Positions 44,811 to 55,173 of a stretch of 64,000 bases of DNA are shown here, piece after piece. This stretch comes from Deltaproteobacteria bacterium (GTDB lineage: Bacteria; Desulfobacterota; Desulfomonilia; UBA1062). The translations under genes were made by a program, and so were the position numbers. Each line of letters opens with the position of its first letter. The stretch's first letter is position 1. The notes beneath the pieces were generated by a model. That model searched no databases. It worked only from the letters and a program-made list of their open reading frames with translations, and had not been told where the DNA came from. Location: NCBI GenBank assembly GCA_018434685.1, contig JAHDOV010000005.1:997-64996 (forward strand), read 5' to 3'.

Positions 44811-46863
44811 GAAAATATATCTGGCTTTCTGTGTCCATTCTCATCAGCCCGTGGGTAATTTTCCTTCGGTTTTTCAGCAGGGCTCACGCGACTGTTATCT
44901 CCCTTTCCTGAAGATACTCAAGGACTATCCCCAGATACGGATGAGCCTTCATTATACCGGCCCGCTCTTCGAGTGGTTCGAGGAACACGAACCGGAGTTT
45001 TTCGACCTGCTGTCCGAACTGGTGGGCCGTTCCCAGGTAGAGCTCATAGGGGGCGGCTTTTACGAGCCCATTCTTCCCGTGATCCCTCAGATCGATGCCC
45101 AGGCGCAGATCGATTACACCAGGAGATACCTGAAGGACAGATTCGGGGTAACTCCCCGGGGCATGTGGTGTGCAGAGCGGATCTGGGAACCGGGCCTTCC
45201 CAGGAAGATAGCGGGGTTGGACATCGAGTATACCCTGCTCGACGACAGTCACTTCCTCTCTGCGGGGCTTCGCCGCGAAGATGTCCACGGATACTACATC
45301 ACGGAGCGGGAGGGGTATTCATTAAAGGTTTTTCCCATCGACATGCACCTTCGCTACCTGATCCCGTTCAGGCAGCCGCATGAGGTCAGAGAGTACCTCC
45401 TGGAAATGAAAAACAGGGGGGTGCGCGTCATAACCTACGGCGACGACGGGGAGAAGTTCGGCATGTGGCCGGGAACCCATAAATGGGTTATCGAAGAGCG
45501 GTGGCTGCGCAACTTCTTCGATGAGATTGTCAGGGCATCGGCCGACATCGAGATCGTGCCGCTGGCCCATGTCGTGGATACCTGCGCGCCCAGGGGGCTG
45601 GTCTATCTGCCCACCGCGTCATACCAGGAGATGATGGAATGGAGCCTTTTTGCCGAGCAGGGGAGGGTGTACGAGGATCTCGTGAAGCAGGCCAAGAGGG
45701 AAAACACCTGGAGCGTGCTGCGGGCGTTCCTGCGGGGCGGCATGTGGGATAACTTTTTTGCCAAGTATCCCGAGTCCAATCTCATGCACAAGAAGATGCT
45801 CAGGATAAGCGACCTGGTAAGGGAATGCGGAGAGCCGGAAGACGCACTGCGCCATCTGCTCATGGCCCAGTGCAACTGCGCCTACTGGCATGGTCTCTTC
45901 GGCGGCACCTACATAGCGGCGTTGAGGCATGCGGTATACGAGAACCTTCTCAAGGCAGAGGCCATTATCGACGAAGGCCGGTTTGAGGATTCTCCCTGGG
46001 AGGTAACAATCGCCGACCATAATCTGGATGGACTCAACGAGGTGCTCGTCTCGGGCAAGATACTGAACTGCTACCTCTCGCCGCATGCGGCAGCATCTGC
46101 CTTTGCCCTGGAGTACAAGCCGAGAGCGTACAATCTGTCGAACATCCTCATGAGGCATCCCGAGATCTACCATAAGGCAATCAAGGAGGCCCCCGTCAAC
46201 TCGGGCGGGAACAACTCTCAGGAGCCGCTGTCCATCCATGACATTGCGCACGAGGTCTCGGAGGAATTCAAGGAACTCCTCGTCTACGATACCTATCCGA
46301 AGAATTCCTTCCTTACCCATTACCTCGATGTCGAACCCTCGCTGAACACCATTCTGAAGGAAAACCGGATCGATCACCCCATGCCGGGCCTCATGCCTTT
46401 TGAACTGACTGCCACCACCGAGTCGGGGGACACGCTCTCTCTCACCTTCGAGGGGGGGCGGGGCCCGGTGAAGATGAAAAAGACATACCGATGCAATCCC
46501 TCCGGGAGGATCGGTGTATCCCACGAGATAACGACCGGTCACGAGGAGTGGTGGCTGGCCATCGAATGGAATATCATGATTGTCTCCGAGCAGAGACCCG
46601 TTGTGGATGGTGAGGCAGTAGAGGATTGCCGGGGAATCTACCGGACAGGCAGGGTTGAGGTTGCGGATACGGACAAGGGGGTAAGGGTTTTCCTGGAGTC
46701 CGATCAGCCATGGGATGTCTGCATCGTTCCCATTGAATGCATATCGCAGAGTGAAGAGGGATTTGAGAAGACATTTCAGGGGTGGAGCATCTATTTCTTG
46801 AGAAGAGGTGAGACTCACATTCCCGATGTTGTCATGAGGGTTGAAGACGTATGTCCGAGTTGA
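44803..46863 (+). CDS. GH57-family enzyme (4-alpha-glucanotransferase/amylase-like with C-terminal extension)
   Basis: LAFCVHSHQPVGNF, ELIGGGFYEPILP, MWCAERIWEP and YGDDGEKFGMWPGT are typical GH57 blocks. It overlaps the upstream gene by 8 nt. Confidence 0.8.
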   Translation: MSEKIYLAFCVHSHQPVGNFPSVFQQGSRDCYLPFLKILKDYPQIRMSLHYTGPLFEWFEEHEPEFFDLLSELVGRSQVELIGGGFYEPILPVIPQIDAQAQIDYTRRYLKDRFGVTPRGMWCAERIWEPGLPRKIAGLDIEYTLLDDSHFLSAGLRREDVHGYYITEREGYSLKVFPIDMHLRYLIPFRQPHEVREYLLEMKNRGVRVITYGDDGEKFGMWPGTHKWVIEERWLRNFFDEIVRASADIEIVPLAHVVDTCAPRGLVYLPTASYQEMMEWSLFAEQGRVYEDLVKQAKRENTWSVLRAFLRGGMWDNFFAKYPESNLMHKKMLRISDLVRECGEPEDALRHLLMAQCNCAYWHGLFGGTYIAALRHAVYENLLKAEAIIDEGRFEDSPWEVTIADHNLDGLNEVLVSGKILNCYLSPHAAASAFALEYKPRAYNLSNILMRHPEIYHKAIKEAPVNSGGNNSQEPLSIHDIAHEVSEEFKELLVYDTYPKNSFLTHYLDVEPSLNTILKENRIDHPMPGLMPFELTATTESGDTLSLTFEGGRGPVKMKKTYRCNPSGRIGVSHEITTGHEEWWLAIEWNIMIVSEQRPVVDGEAVEDCRGIYRTGRVEVADTDKGVRVFLESDQPWDVCIVPIECISQSEEGFEKTFQGWSIYFLRRGETHIPDVVMRVEDVCPS

Positions 46864-47849
46864 GGAGAGATCCGGTCGTCAACAGGTGGGTGATCATTTC
46901 CGATGACCCGATACGGTCACCAGGCATAGGGCAGAGATCACAGGAGTTGATAGACGGTGATCATTGTCCGTTCTGTCCGGGCAATGAACATCTGTGTCCC
47001 CCGGAGATTCTTGCGAACAGGCCGCCGGGCTCTCATCCGAATGATGCGAGATGGAATCTGCGGGTCGTGCCCAGCCGTTCTCCGCTGCTGGTGGTTGAGG
47101 AGGATCTCAAACGTCTGGGAGAGGGAGTCTATGACAAGATAACCGGTGTCGGTGCCAATGAGGTGATAATCGAGACCCCCAGGCATGGCATCAGGCAGGC
47201 GCAGATGAGTACCGAAGAGCTGGAGAATGTCTTCTGGGCATACCGGGACCGGATCATCGACCTGAGAAAAGATATGCGGATGCGCTACGTCCTGATCTAC
47301 AAGAATTGTGGCGCGCCGGCAGGGGCAACCCTTGATCATATGTATTCGCTGCTCATGGCCCTGCCCATCGTGCCGCGGGGAATCCTGGACGAGATCGACG
47401 GCGCCAGGAGGCACTTCGAGTATAAGCAGCGGTGCATATACTGCGATGTGATCAGGCAGGAGATGCAGCTGGAAACGCGGGTGGTGAGCGAGACCCCGCT
47501 GTTCCTCGCAATCGAACCGTTTGCCCCGCGGGTCCCCTTCGAGACGTGGATTCTTCCCAAGAGACATACGTCATACTTCCACGAGATCGAACCCAAAGAG
47601 GTCAACGAGATGGCCAGGATCTTCAAGGATGTGATATCAAGGCTCGACAGCGCCCTGGACAGGCCGGCGTATAACTATGGTATTCATACTGCACCGTTCG
47701 GGAACGAATATGGGGAGTATTATCACTGGCACATGAAGATTATTCCGCGGATTGCCACCTCAACGGGGTTTGAATGGGGCTCGGATGTGCATATAAATTC
47801 CACCTCGCCTGAAGAGGCAGCGGCGTTTCTGAGAAATCTTGCAGTGTGA
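46851..47849 (+). CDS. GalT-like HIT-superfamily nucleotidyltransferase/phosphorylase
   Basis: Zinc motif HCPFCPGNE and two HIT-like halves. The second half ends in YYHWHMKIIP, where classical GalT has H-x-H-x-Q. Confidence 0.75.
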   Translation: MSELRRDPVVNRWVIISDDPIRSPGIGQRSQELIDGDHCPFCPGNEHLCPPEILANRPPGSHPNDARWNLRVVPSRSPLLVVEEDLKRLGEGVYDKITGVGANEVIIETPRHGIRQAQMSTEELENVFWAYRDRIIDLRKDMRMRYVLIYKNCGAPAGATLDHMYSLLMALPIVPRGILDEIDGARRHFEYKQRCIYCDVIRQEMQLETRVVSETPLFLAIEPFAPRVPFETWILPKRHTSYFHEIEPKEVNEMARIFKDVISRLDSALDRPAYNYGIHTAPFGNEYGEYYHWHMKIIPRIATSTGFEWGSDVHINSTSPEEAAAFLRNLAV

Positions 47850-47870
47850 CACGGCAGGAGGAAGGATACC

Positions 47871-48560
47871 ATGCCGCGCTTTTTTGCCGAACTCATTGAC
47901 GGCGACCATGCCGTGATCACCGGCAGTGATGCCCGACACATATGCGGACCGCTTCGGAAAAAACAGGGAGACGAGCTCTGTATCAGGGATCTGAATACGG
48001 GCTATGCCGCCAGGATCGTCTCTGTCGATCCGAAGAAGGTTACCCTTGAAATTGTCGGGACCCAGGAGCTCCACGAACGAGGTGCTCCGCAGGTGCACCT
48101 GGGCATGAGCATGATCGATCTCAAGGACATGGACCAGCTGATCCGCACCGTCACCGAGCTCGGCGTTGCAAACATACACCCGCTCATAGCCGAGAGATCG
48201 AACATCCGCACCCTGACGGAGACGAGACTCGATCGCTGGAACATCATCGTCGCCGAGGCAGTCAAGCAGTGCGAACGCAGAGACATCCCAATAATTCACA
48301 AACCCGCGGGGCTCATGGAGTTTGTCCGGTCGAGCCCTGTTTCCTGGAAGGTCAAGCTCGTTGCATCACAAGAGGCAACACGCACGATCCACGACTGCAG
48401 GGCGGATGATGTGGGGATCCTTATAGGCCCGGAGGGGGGGTTCACCCGTGCCGAGCTCGATGCCATGGCTGCCGGTGGATTTATCCCGGTGAGCATGGGC
48501 AAGACCATCCTGAGATCAATCACCGCCGCCATGACAGCGGTGGGTATCCTCGGGATGTGA
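47871..48560 (+). CDS. rsmE: 16S rRNA (uracil1498-N3)-methyltransferase
   Basis: MPRFF N-terminus (PUA-like) and the SPOUT C-terminal motif ILIGPEGGFTRAELD. Confidence 0.85.
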   Translation: MPRFFAELIDGDHAVITGSDARHICGPLRKKQGDELCIRDLNTGYAARIVSVDPKKVTLEIVGTQELHERGAPQVHLGMSMIDLKDMDQLIRTVTELGVANIHPLIAERSNIRTLTETRLDRWNIIVAEAVKQCERRDIPIIHKPAGLMEFVRSSPVSWKVKLVASQEATRTIHDCRADDVGILIGPEGGFTRAELDAMAAGGFIPVSMGKTILRSITAAMTAVGILGM

Positions 48561-48598
48561 TCGCTGCGGAGCCACTCACCCGCCAGATCCGGGAACGC

Positions 48599-50887
48599 CT
48601 ATTCTTTCGTCTCTGATTCGAGCCGGGCAAGCAGCGTCTGTGCCTGAGACTTCTCCTCGAACGAAGCCTGTGCGCTCAAGGCCCTCTTGAGATACTTCTT
48701 GGCCTCGCTCGCCCTGTTCAGGTCCACCAGTGCCAGGGCCATGTGATAGCTGATGGCGGGCTCTTCAGGGAGTTTTTCCACGGCAAGCTGGAACTGGGCA
48801 AGTGCATTGTCTGAAAGCCCTTTCTTGAGGTAGACATACCCGAGGGTATCTGCGATCCTCGGATCGTCGGGGAACTTGTCTTTTGCGATCTGGGCAAGCT
48901 GCAGGGCCTCGTTCAGGTCATTCTTGTTTCCGCTTTCAGCAAGGATCCAGGAGAGATTGTTTGCGGCAAGCGCATGTTTCGGCTCACGGTTCAGGATATA
49001 TTTATACACCTTCTTTGCATCCGATATCCTGCCCTCGTTCTGGTTGAGCAGGGCAAGCATGATGGCTGCCCGCAGGTCTTCAGGATTTTTATTGAGAAGA
49101 CTCTCGTATTCATCAAGGGCATTCTTTACCATGTTGTTCCGTGCATAGTACTGGGCGAGTGCATGATAGAGCACCGTGTTGTCCGGCTCCAGGTCTATCG
49201 CCACTTTTATCTGGGAGAGGGCCTCCGGCTTTTTGCCCGAACTTTCCAGGAGTCCTGCCAGGATCATGTGGCAGGTTGCGGTATCTGCCTTTGTGCAGAC
49301 AGCGGTTATCTTGCGTATGGCGTCCTCTTTTTTGGCGACTGCGGGTGCAATTCCTGCATAGAGTGTCAGTGCCTCGGCCTTGCCGGGATAGAGGTCCAGG
49401 GCTGTGCTCGCTGCCTGATAGGCCTCCTTTTTCTTGCCCTGGGTGAGCAGCAGGAGGGTCTCGGCATGCATGGTGGGCCAGGCCTGCGGGGCGCCTTTCT
49501 TGAGAATGTCCACATATGAACCGGCAGTATCGGATTTCCCTGCTTTCAGGGCTGATAGGGCCCCGATATAGATCACGTCGGGAATTCTCACGGAATGCTT
49601 CACGAGCAGTTCAACCTCTGATATGGTCTCGTCGTATTGTCCCTGGGCAAAATAGATCTTTGCCATCATGGAATGGAGGGAAACATTGTTGGCGTTCTCT
49701 TGTAGGGAGTTCTCGACGAGCTCCCGTGCGCGGACCACGTCTCCCTTCATGAGATATGCCTGCGCTGACGTTGTCGCCACATCCGGTCTCCGGGGGATAT
49801 TCCTGATCAGGGTGTCCAGGGTCACCAGTGCCTTTTCAGGATCTTTCTCGTCGATGTATATCTGCGCCAGGAGGATTCGCGAGGGTATGGCCTTGGGATC
49901 TTCCTCTGTGGTCTGCACGAGGATCTTCTTTGCCTGCTGGAGATCTCCTTTCTCCAGGAGAAGCTGGGATATGAGCGTCCGGCTCAGGGTATTGTCGTCC
50001 AGTTCCCCTGCCTTTTTGGCAGCATCCAGGGCCTTGTCGAGGGAGCCCTGCTGGTGGAGTACATTCGCCTCGAGCAGATAGGGGCTGGGATTGTCGGGGA
50101 ATCTGGTCTTCAGCTCGGTGATCTGTGCAGTGAAGAGGTCGTCCATCTTCTGGCCCGCGTAGAAACGGGCAAGGGTAATGCCTGCATTGATATCGTCTCC
50201 CCCGACGCGGTATGCCTCCTCTGCCCATTTTCTGGCCTGCTCGATATTGTTCTCGTACACATGGATATCACTGCCAAGAAAGCGGACCTTGGTGGAGTCC
50301 GGATAGAGGGAAACACCTTTTGAGACGAGCTTCAGGGCATCGTCGAATCTGCCGAGCGCCAGATACATCTGGATGGTATTGATGATGGCAGCCTCGGTCG
50401 GTTCCTTGGCCTGCAGGATATCCTCCATGATCGCGACTGCCTCTGCCTTTTTGCCGCTCTGAAAGAGTGCCTGGGCAAGCATCTCTTTTGCCGTAGGGTT
50501 GTTCGGGTCGATGTCGAGTATGGCCTGTGCCTGCTCGGCAGCGAGATCGTACTTTTTGGCCAGCAGCTGCATGGATGCCAGGTATTCCCGGGATCTGACA
50601 TTCTTCGGGTCCGCATTCGAGGCCCGTGCAAAGGCCTTGTATGCCTCGTTTGCCCGCATGAGCTTGAGCTGCACCTCCCCTAACGTGATGAGCGTGTCCA
50701 CGTCATCGGGTGCAATCTGCAGTGCGTTCTGATACTGTATTGCCGCCTCGGCATACTTCTCTTCCTGCATATATTTGTCCGCGCTTTCAAGGTACGCAGC
50801 TCGTTTCTCTTCAGGGCTTTTGCTGCAGCCGAGCACAACAAGGGAACAAATGAAGAATAACAATAGAATTCCAGGATATCTTTTCAT
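48599..50887 (-). CDS. TPR-repeat lipoprotein (762 aa), PrsT-like
   Basis: I prefer the ATG at 50887, which gives MKRYPGILLLFFICSLVVLGCSK (lipobox LVVLGC). About 17-20 TPR units extend to the C-terminus. The track ORF extends to 51082 with a non-signal-like leader. Confidence 0.8.
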   Translation of the reverse strand: MKRYPGILLLFFICSLVVLGCSKSPEEKRAAYLESADKYMQEEKYAEAAIQYQNALQIAPDDVDTLITLGEVQLKLMRANEAYKAFARASNADPKNVRSREYLASMQLLAKKYDLAAEQAQAILDIDPNNPTAKEMLAQALFQSGKKAEAVAIMEDILQAKEPTEAAIINTIQMYLALGRFDDALKLVSKGVSLYPDSTKVRFLGSDIHVYENNIEQARKWAEEAYRVGGDDINAGITLARFYAGQKMDDLFTAQITELKTRFPDNPSPYLLEANVLHQQGSLDKALDAAKKAGELDDNTLSRTLISQLLLEKGDLQQAKKILVQTTEEDPKAIPSRILLAQIYIDEKDPEKALVTLDTLIRNIPRRPDVATTSAQAYLMKGDVVRARELVENSLQENANNVSLHSMMAKIYFAQGQYDETISEVELLVKHSVRIPDVIYIGALSALKAGKSDTAGSYVDILKKGAPQAWPTMHAETLLLLTQGKKKEAYQAASTALDLYPGKAEALTLYAGIAPAVAKKEDAIRKITAVCTKADTATCHMILAGLLESSGKKPEALSQIKVAIDLEPDNTVLYHALAQYYARNNMVKNALDEYESLLNKNPEDLRAAIMLALLNQNEGRISDAKKVYKYILNREPKHALAANNLSWILAESGNKNDLNEALQLAQIAKDKFPDDPRIADTLGYVYLKKGLSDNALAQFQLAVEKLPEEPAISYHMALALVDLNRASEAKKYLKRALSAQASFEEKSQAQTLLARLESETKE

Positions 50888-51143
50888 AAAACCCCCACTT
50901 CCTTCGGATAGGAGAACGATAGCATAGTTGTATTCAAAGGAAAAGGGATAAGGGTGGCAACGGTTTATGCCAGGCACACGGCCCGAACATATGACGGAGT
51001 GTCTGCTGGGAATTGTGCCGGAGGTTTCTGTGTCACGAATGAATCCGGATCGTGCCTCTGGGGTGGCGGGATAGCGATCCATGAACTTGACTTGGCGTAT
51101 CCAAGATACTAATGAAGGAGTGAAGATTCAAGGGAGGAATAGT

Positions 51144-51833
51144 ATGATCTTTGATCCGCTCTACATCATCATGATTGCACCGGCGCTGCTCTTGAGCATA
51201 TACGCGCAGATAAAGGTGAAGTCTTCCTATGCGAAGTACTCCAAGGTGCCCACGTCTCGCGGCATTACCGGAGCCCAGGCTGCCCGCGAGATCCTCAGGG
51301 CCCAGGGCATCAGTGACGTGGGCATTGAACTGAGCAGGGGATTCCTGTCCGATCACTACGATCCCAGGACCAAGATGCTGAGGTTGTCCGAGAACGTGTA
51401 TGCCGGCAATTCCCTGGCCAGCGTTGGGGTTGCTGCCCATGAGGCCGGTCATGCCATACAGCATGCGCACGGCTACATGCCCCTGAAGCTGAGAAGCGCC
51501 CTCGTGCCCATTTCTTCCCTGGGATCCAATCTTGCCTGGCCATTGCTCATTATCGGGTTTATTTTCATGGCAAAGTCGCTGATCCTGGCGGGCATAATCT
51601 TTTTCAGCCTGGCTGTCCTGTTCCAGCTCGTCACCCTGCCGGTTGAGTTCAATGCCTCATCCCGAGCCCTGCAGGCCCTGCCGGCAACCGGTATCCTTTC
51701 TGATTCCGAGGTGGCAGGTGCCCGGAAGGTCCTCTCGGCAGCAGCGTTGACCTATGTTGCCGCAGCGGCATCTGCTGTTCTTCAGCTCATGTATTTTCTG
51801 CTCAGGGCAGGCTTTCTCCGCAATGATGACTAA
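51144..51833 (+). CDS. YugP-like membrane zinc metallopeptidase (Zn_peptidase_2)
   Basis: I prefer the ATG at 51144, after AGGGAGG. N-terminal TM helix, HExxH site (AAHEAGHAIQH), and C-terminal TM helices. Confidence 0.75.
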   Translation: MIFDPLYIIMIAPALLLSIYAQIKVKSSYAKYSKVPTSRGITGAQAAREILRAQGISDVGIELSRGFLSDHYDPRTKMLRLSENVYAGNSLASVGVAAHEAGHAIQHAHGYMPLKLRSALVPISSLGSNLAWPLLIIGFIFMAKSLILAGIIFFSLAVLFQLVTLPVEFNASSRALQALPATGILSDSEVAGARKVLSAAALTYVAAAASAVLQLMYFLLRAGFLRNDD

Positions 51834-52093
51834 CAGACCGATGGCAATACAGGAGATTGCTTCCTGGCCTTCGGGTAAGGACGTTATTCTTCGCTCATGA
51901 AGCAGAAGGGTCTTGCTGCTGAGATTCTTTATTACACAAATCACGATAATCTGCTAATCTTGGTTCACAGGTCGGGGTGAATCTCTCCGATGAACCCTGT
52001 CTGGGTCTTCCGGCAAGGAGGTTTGAATGACTCCTTAGGGCTACAGTATTAATAACCTTAATTTTTAAGGGCAATCTGACGATTGATTAAATC

Positions 52094-53449
52094 ATGACGA
52101 GAAACGTTTATTCAGCGGTCCTCCTGCTTATTCTTGATATTGTTGTAAGCGCAGGATCCGTATTTCTCGCAAAGTATATTCAAAGGCTGCTTCCCGAGGT
52201 CTGTCTGCCGGATGAATTGTTGTGGGTAAAGGCAGTGATGTATTCGGGAACGTGCATAATCTGTTTCTATTTCCAGGACCTCTATAACTGGCGGTATTGG
52301 AGAAGGGCCTCGGAACTTACGTCCTCCATCCTCCTGGGCGGGGGCATTACACTCATCGCGCTGGCCCTGTTATATTATATCCTGCCGGTAATAGGCCTCG
52401 AGCGGGATGTACTGCTCATAGCACTCGTCATCACGCTGGGGATATCGTTCCTCATGAGGGTCGGGTACCTCAGGCTGAAATTTGCCGATAATGCCGCAAC
52501 CCGGGTCGTAATCTTGGGCGACGGCGAGAATGCGAAGTTCCTGTTTCAGCAGATTCGCTCCGGCGGGTACCCGGTGATGTTTGAAGGGTATGTCGGGAAG
52601 AACAACTGGGATCTTCCCTACCGGTGCCTGGGAGATGTATCGCAATTGTCGGCAATCATAAACGCGGTGGATCCCGATGTGCTGGTCGTTGCACCGGACG
52701 GGTGGAGGGGGACGCTGCCCATCGATGATCTGTTGCATATAAAACTCACCTCCTGTGATGTGATCGATGCACCGACCTTCTATGAAAACATCACCGGCAG
52801 GATTCTCGTCGAAGAGATTCGTCCCAGCTCCATCATCTTTACCCGCGGATTCCTGAGCTCCCCGACACAGGATATCATGAAGCGCGGATTCGATATTCTC
52901 TTTGCCCTCATCGGGCTCATCGTGTCCTTCCCGATCATGCTCCTGACCGCAATCATAATCCGCCTGGAATCTCCGGGCCCCATCTTCTATCTCCAGCAGA
53001 GGGTCGGCAAGGACGGCAAAGACTTCAAGGTGATCAAGTTCAGGTCAATGAGGCAGGATGCCGAGAAGGCAGGACCCCAATGGGCCAGCGAGAACGACCC
53101 GCGGGTCACCCGCGTGGGGCGGATTATCCGCAAGATCCGCATTGATGAGCTGCCCCAGTTCATCAATGTGATCAAAAACGATATGAGTTTTGTCGGTCCG
53201 AGACCCGAGCGGAGATACTTCGTCGATCAGCTCGAGAAGGTCATCCCGTTTTATGCGTTGAGGATGCACGCAAAACCCGGGATTACCGGGTGGGCGCAGA
53301 TCAATTACCCCTACGGGGATACCATCGAGGATGCGAAAGAGAAACTCAAGTATGAGCTGTTCTACATGAAACACCGGACTCTCTGGCTCGATCTTGTCAT
53401 CATATTCCAGACCGTCAAGGTTGCCATAAAGGCGCGGGGCGCTCAATAA
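52094..53449 (+). CDS. Large phosphoglycosyltransferase (EpsB/WcaJ-like bacterial sugar transferase), third large PGT in the window
   Basis: N-terminal TM helices, a central CoA-binding-like domain (RVVILGDGENAKF), then FDILFALIGLIVSFPI, IKFRSM, IDELPQFINVIKNDMSFVGPRP and PGITGWAQINYPYG. Confidence 0.85.
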   Translation: MTRNVYSAVLLLILDIVVSAGSVFLAKYIQRLLPEVCLPDELLWVKAVMYSGTCIICFYFQDLYNWRYWRRASELTSSILLGGGITLIALALLYYILPVIGLERDVLLIALVITLGISFLMRVGYLRLKFADNAATRVVILGDGENAKFLFQQIRSGGYPVMFEGYVGKNNWDLPYRCLGDVSQLSAIINAVDPDVLVVAPDGWRGTLPIDDLLHIKLTSCDVIDAPTFYENITGRILVEEIRPSSIIFTRGFLSSPTQDIMKRGFDILFALIGLIVSFPIMLLTAIIIRLESPGPIFYLQQRVGKDGKDFKVIKFRSMRQDAEKAGPQWASENDPRVTRVGRIIRKIRIDELPQFINVIKNDMSFVGPRPERRYFVDQLEKVIPFYALRMHAKPGITGWAQINYPYGDTIEDAKEKLKYELFYMKHRTLWLDLVIIFQTVKVAIKARGAQ

Positions 53450-53551
53450 GAACCGAGACCCATCGCTGCCCGCGGTTGAAAACAGGGATTGCGCAGGTCA
53501 CGTGCGTAGCGGATTACCCGGTCTGAAGTCCGCAGATGCGGGGGTCGGTCG

Positions 53552-54298
53552 TTACAAGGCGCTCAGTATCAAGGGGCCGTCTTTCGTGATGGCGATGCTG
53601 TCTTCGAAATGCGCGGAAAGCGAGCGGTCTGCACTGATTGCTGTCCATCCGTCATGGAGCACTTTCACCCGCCACGACCCCTGATTCACCATGGGCTCGA
53701 TGGCAAAGGTCATTCCCTCCTGGAGCACCGGACCGTTGCCTTTTCTGCCGAAGTTCGGTATCTGCGGATCTTCATGGAGGTTTCTTCCGATACCGTGCCC
53801 CACAAAGTCCCTGACCACGCTGAACCCGGCTGATTCCACAACCTTCTGGATCTCCACCGATATATCGGAGAGACGGTTGCCGGGATACGCCTGGCGGATT
53901 CCGGCTTCCAGCGCCTCCCGGGTGGTATCCATCAACTGCTGTGCCTGTTTCGAGACGGTTCCGACGCTGAATGTCCTTGCCGCATCAGAGTAGAAACCGT
54001 CAAGGAGAGCCCCCACATCGATGCTGACGATGTCGCCCGAGAGTAACTTCCTGGGACCGGGGATCCCGTGCACCACCTCCTCGTTGACCGAGGTGCACAG
54101 GGTGCCGGGGAACCCCCGGTAGCCCTTGAATGCAGGCACGGCATTGTGCGAACGCATGAAGAGCTCCGCCTCCTGATCGAGCTCGGCGGTAGTGATCCCG
54201 GGCTGGATCAGCGGCCTGATATGCTCGAACAGATGCGCCAGGATGCGGTTTGCTTCCCGCATCAGGGCTATCTCTTCGCTGGTCTTCAAGATGATCAT
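53552..54298 (-). CDS. map: Type I methionine aminopeptidase
   Basis: Collinear with bacterial MAP1: KTSEEIALMREAN, VPAFKGYRGFP, VHGIP, DIVSIDVG, GHGIG, FAIEPM and HFEDSIAIT. Confidence 0.9.
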   Translation of the reverse strand: MIILKTSEEIALMREANRILAHLFEHIRPLIQPGITTAELDQEAELFMRSHNAVPAFKGYRGFPGTLCTSVNEEVVHGIPGPRKLLSGDIVSIDVGALLDGFYSDAARTFSVGTVSKQAQQLMDTTREALEAGIRQAYPGNRLSDISVEIQKVVESAGFSVVRDFVGHGIGRNLHEDPQIPNFGRKGNGPVLQEGMTFAIEPMVNQGSWRVKVLHDGWTAISADRSLSAHFEDSIAITKDGPLILSAL

Positions 54299-55173
54299 CC
54301 GTTCAACACCTTCTTGAGGGGATACTCGATAATGCCCCGGGCGCCTGCCCTGAGAAGCTCGGGTATGAGGTTTCTCGATTGCGACTCGAGGATGATGATC
54401 TCAAGAGAGAACCAGTTCGAGTCGTAGAGAGGAGATACCGTGGGAGAGGTGATGGCCGGGAGCATGGCGATAATGTTTTCCAGCTTGTCCTTCGGGGCAT
54501 TCATCTTGAGCCCGGTCATCCCGGTTGCCTGGAGGGCCGACTGGAGCATCATGGAGATCTGCTCGATCTTGGTTCTCTTGGCAGGGTCGCTCCAGGACGC
54601 CTTGTTCGCGATGAGCTTTGTGTTCGTAACGAGCAGTTCGTCTATGATCTTGAGGTTGTGCGCTTTTATGGTAGAGCCTGTCTCGGTTACCTCCACAATG
54701 GCGTCGGCAAGGCCGTCAACGACCTTTGCCTCTGTTGCTCCCCATGAGAACTCGACCTCGACGTTGATATTCCTTTCTTTAAAGTACTGCACCGTGAAGT
54801 TCACCAGCTCGGTCGCGATCTTCTTCCCTTCCAGGTCCTCTATTCTTTTGTAATCGGACTTTTCATCCACTGCGAGGACCCACTTGGCAGGCCGGTATGT
54901 CGCCTTGGAGTAGATGAGATCGGCGACCTCCACGACATCGGAGTTGTTTTCCAGGATCCAGTCCTTTCCGGTCAGGGCGACATCAAACAATCCTGACTCG
55001 ACGTACCGGGAGATCTCCTGGGCCCGTACCAGGGCGCAATCGATATCCGGATCGTCGATCGAGGGGAAATAACTCCTCGATGACATCCTGATGTTCCACC
55101 CGGCATCTTTAAAGAGATCGATGGTGGACTGCTGGAGACTCCCTTTTGGAATGGCAAGACGTATAAGGCTCAT
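54295..55173 (-). CDS. hisG: ATP phosphoribosyltransferase, long form
   Basis: [10 protein letters not shown], the VRAQEI region, ATEL.NF, and the C-terminal regulatory domain (292 aa). It overlaps map and hisI by 4 nt each. Confidence 0.9.
   Translation of the reverse strand: MSLIRLAIPKGSLQQSTIDLFKDAGWNIRMSSRSYFPSIDDPDIDCALVRAQEISRYVESGLFDVALTGKDWILENNSDVVEVADLIYSKATYRPAKWVLAVDEKSDYKRIEDLEGKKIATELVNFTVQYFKERNINVEVEFSWGATEAKVVDGLADAIVEVTETGSTIKAHNLKIIDELLVTNTKLIANKASWSDPAKRTKIEQISMMLQSALQATGMTGLKMNAPKDKLENIIAMLPAITSPTVSPLYDSNWFSLEIIILESQSRNLIPELLRAGARGIIEYPLKKVLNG

Noticed and set aside
50952-50974. Sigma-54-like element on the minus strand (CTGGCATAAACCGTTGCC), ~65-85 nt upstream of the TPR lipoprotein start.
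   Set aside because: The GG and GC dinucleotides are separated by 11 nt instead of the strictly conserved 10, so this is probably not a functional -24/-12 promoter. It is only worth revisiting if a PrsR-type activator is found in the genome.
53502-53684. A 60-aa + strand ORF in and beyond the 102-bp gap between the third PGT and map.
   Set aside because: Most of it is antisense to the conserved C-terminus of methionine aminopeptidase, and it has no RBS.
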